A stretch of DNA of 64,000 bases, taken from positions 124,001 through 188,000 of the forward strand of contig CDLV01000017.1 in assembly GCA_001244265.2 (NCBI GenBank), read 5' to 3'. The notes under the pieces are model-generated. The model was not told the DNA's origin. It saw nothing but the letters and a program-made list of their open reading frames with translations, and did no database searches. The translations under genes and the position numbers were made by a program. Below are positions 62,299-64,000 of this stretch, piece after piece; position 1 is the stretch's first letter, and the number at the start of each line of letters is the position of its first letter. This stretch comes from Microbotryum violaceum. Its lineage: Eukaryota.

Positions 62299-64000
62299 TC
62301 AAAGAACAGCCAAAACCCTCGGCCTCATCTCCCACAACGCTTCGACCTTCCTCGACAAGGCCTTAGAGCGATCCTTCTCCGCCCTCAATTGACTCGAAGG
62401 GAGACGCGCGGAAGGTGTCCACCCTTTCTTGCCGCCTGGGCGAACACCGCTCAAGTCGACCAACCTCGGTGTGGCCGAGAGCAAGCGAGCCTCGTGCAGG
62501 AGCTGCTTCGACTGGACAGCGAAGGAGGTGGGTTCCAGTGGAGCCACAATCGTCGATGTTGCCGAAGCAACTGGTGTACGACGTGGAGAAACAGGCAGAC
62601 CACTGGTTTCCTTTGGTAGCATGATCGGAGTGATCGCGGGAAGGACGTAGGTCGGTAAGGCGTCGAGTTCGGTGAGCAGGTCTTGCGACTTGAGGTACGA
62701 GTTCTCGGAGCGCAGGAAGCGGACGGCGTTGCGCAACGATTCGAGCTGTTCGATGAGATACGAGGTCTCCATGTTGCCTTCGTACACGACCGCCTCGCCT
62801 TCGCCCGGTCCAGCTGGGGCACCTAAAACACCCAGGCAGTCCTTTGTCAGTGAGCGTCCAGCAAGACCATAGCACCTTCCACTTACCCGACTTGTCATTC
62901 GAAACAACGTTTTGCTTCATCTTGGTGAGCTCCTGCTCCATCGCGTCCAAATCGGAATGCAGTGCCTCGATTGCCTCCTCGTATACCCGCTCCTGCTTCT
63001 TGGACTTGACCAACTCGGCCTCGAGCTCCGTGATCGCATCGGCCTGTTTCTTAACCGCTTCCATGCGCTTCTCCATGACTTCAATCTTGACGATGCTTTC
63101 TTGGTACGCCATGTCCTGGGCCACGAATGTCCCCACCCCAGGTCAGCTATCACCATTGTCCACTCTGGTCGAGTATTCGGACTTACCTTGGTTCTCATCT
63201 CGCGAACGAGGTCGCGCAGTTCCTCATTCAGCTTGTGAACCTTGCGTTCGGCCTCCACGTTGATCGCGGCGTGCGACTGCAGCTCCGTGACTCGAGCGAT
63301 CCAGGGTGGCTCATAGTCGACTGTAGGAATCAATGCATCATACAATCAGATCATGAAAAGATGCGATTTGGTGAACTATTGCGAGGGCATGACTCACGTC
63401 GAACGATCTGATCCGGATCCATCGCCGTCGACAATGTTGTCCCAACATCTTGGGCCAGTTGACCAAGAAGCGCTCCAATCTCTTCAAGAGGTCGAGGTGT
63501 CTGCTTGCCAAGCTCATTGGCAGCGACGTCTTTGGCAATGGCGAGGAAGTGGCTGAGCTCAAAGGGTCGTTTCGAAGTTCGGACTTCGGTGCAGTAGGCC
63601 AAGATACTCGAAGCGAGCTGCGAAATGAGGAACTCGAGATCAGCAGCGAGCTAGTGCTCATATCGAACAACGCGCGACCCACTTTGGCAGCGGCAGCCGC
63701 AATTGCAGAACTGTTGTACGACAGAGTATCGACACCCTCGGCGTGATCCATGCTAAGCGCCGAGGAAGAGCCCACCAGCTCCTCTAGTCTTCGCAACAGC
63801 TTCTTGGTCACGACCTTGGCGTTCCGCGCTTGGTTGAACAGGTTCTGCAGTGGCTTGAAAACGATGTCGTCGATGTTGGCGTCGCCGAGTTCGAGAGCGA
63901 CATCTGGAAGTATTCGGATCTGCCATAAGCAAAGAAGCTTGGATCGCTTGAACCACCCAACGAGTACTCACCCGGGTCCTTGCTCAGCGTTGCAATCGTC
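62299..64000 (-). CDS. DCTN1: Dynactin p150Glued subunit, 3' part (runs off the window)
   Basis: PPWIARV, coiled coil ERKVHKLNEELRDL, VKIEVMEKRMEAVKKQADAITELE, EQLESLRNAVRFLRSENSYLKSQDLL. Confidence 0.85.

Overview
Gene-dense, intron-rich eukaryotic DNA (short GT-AG introns with CTGAC/CTAAC branch points), most consistent with a basidiomycete yeast-like fungus (probably Pucciniomycotina; inference). Housekeeping genes: Pol delta small subunit, a GPI-type secreted protein, GT32 glycosyltransferase, Gfo/Idh/MocA oxidoreductase, PMT2-type O-mannosyltransferase, HpcH/HpaI aldolase, SPT6, DUF4202-like protein, membrane-anchored GH5 glucanase, amino-acid transporter, pyridoxamine-phosphate-oxidase-like protein, flavin amine-oxidase-like protein, mitochondrial bL34, a bZIP factor, a SET protein, glycerol kinase and the 3' part of dynactin p150. 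Main oddities: (1) a ~10.6 kb accessory segment (~34.0-44.5 kb) bracketed by a ~120 bp direct repeat (first 65 bp identical). It carries a divergent pair of paralogous small secreted Cys/His-rich proteins mostly missed by the ORF track, a DHA1 MFS efflux pump, a non-canonical tRNA-like element, a 21-bp phased motif array and a pseudogene. (2) An in-frame TAA inside the Spt5-CTR-like GRTP repeat tail of SPT6. (3) A PEP2/SnoaL-like pseudogene. CDS coordinates are gene spans from start to stop codon including introns, deduced by eye; family calls come from motif recognition, not from database searches.
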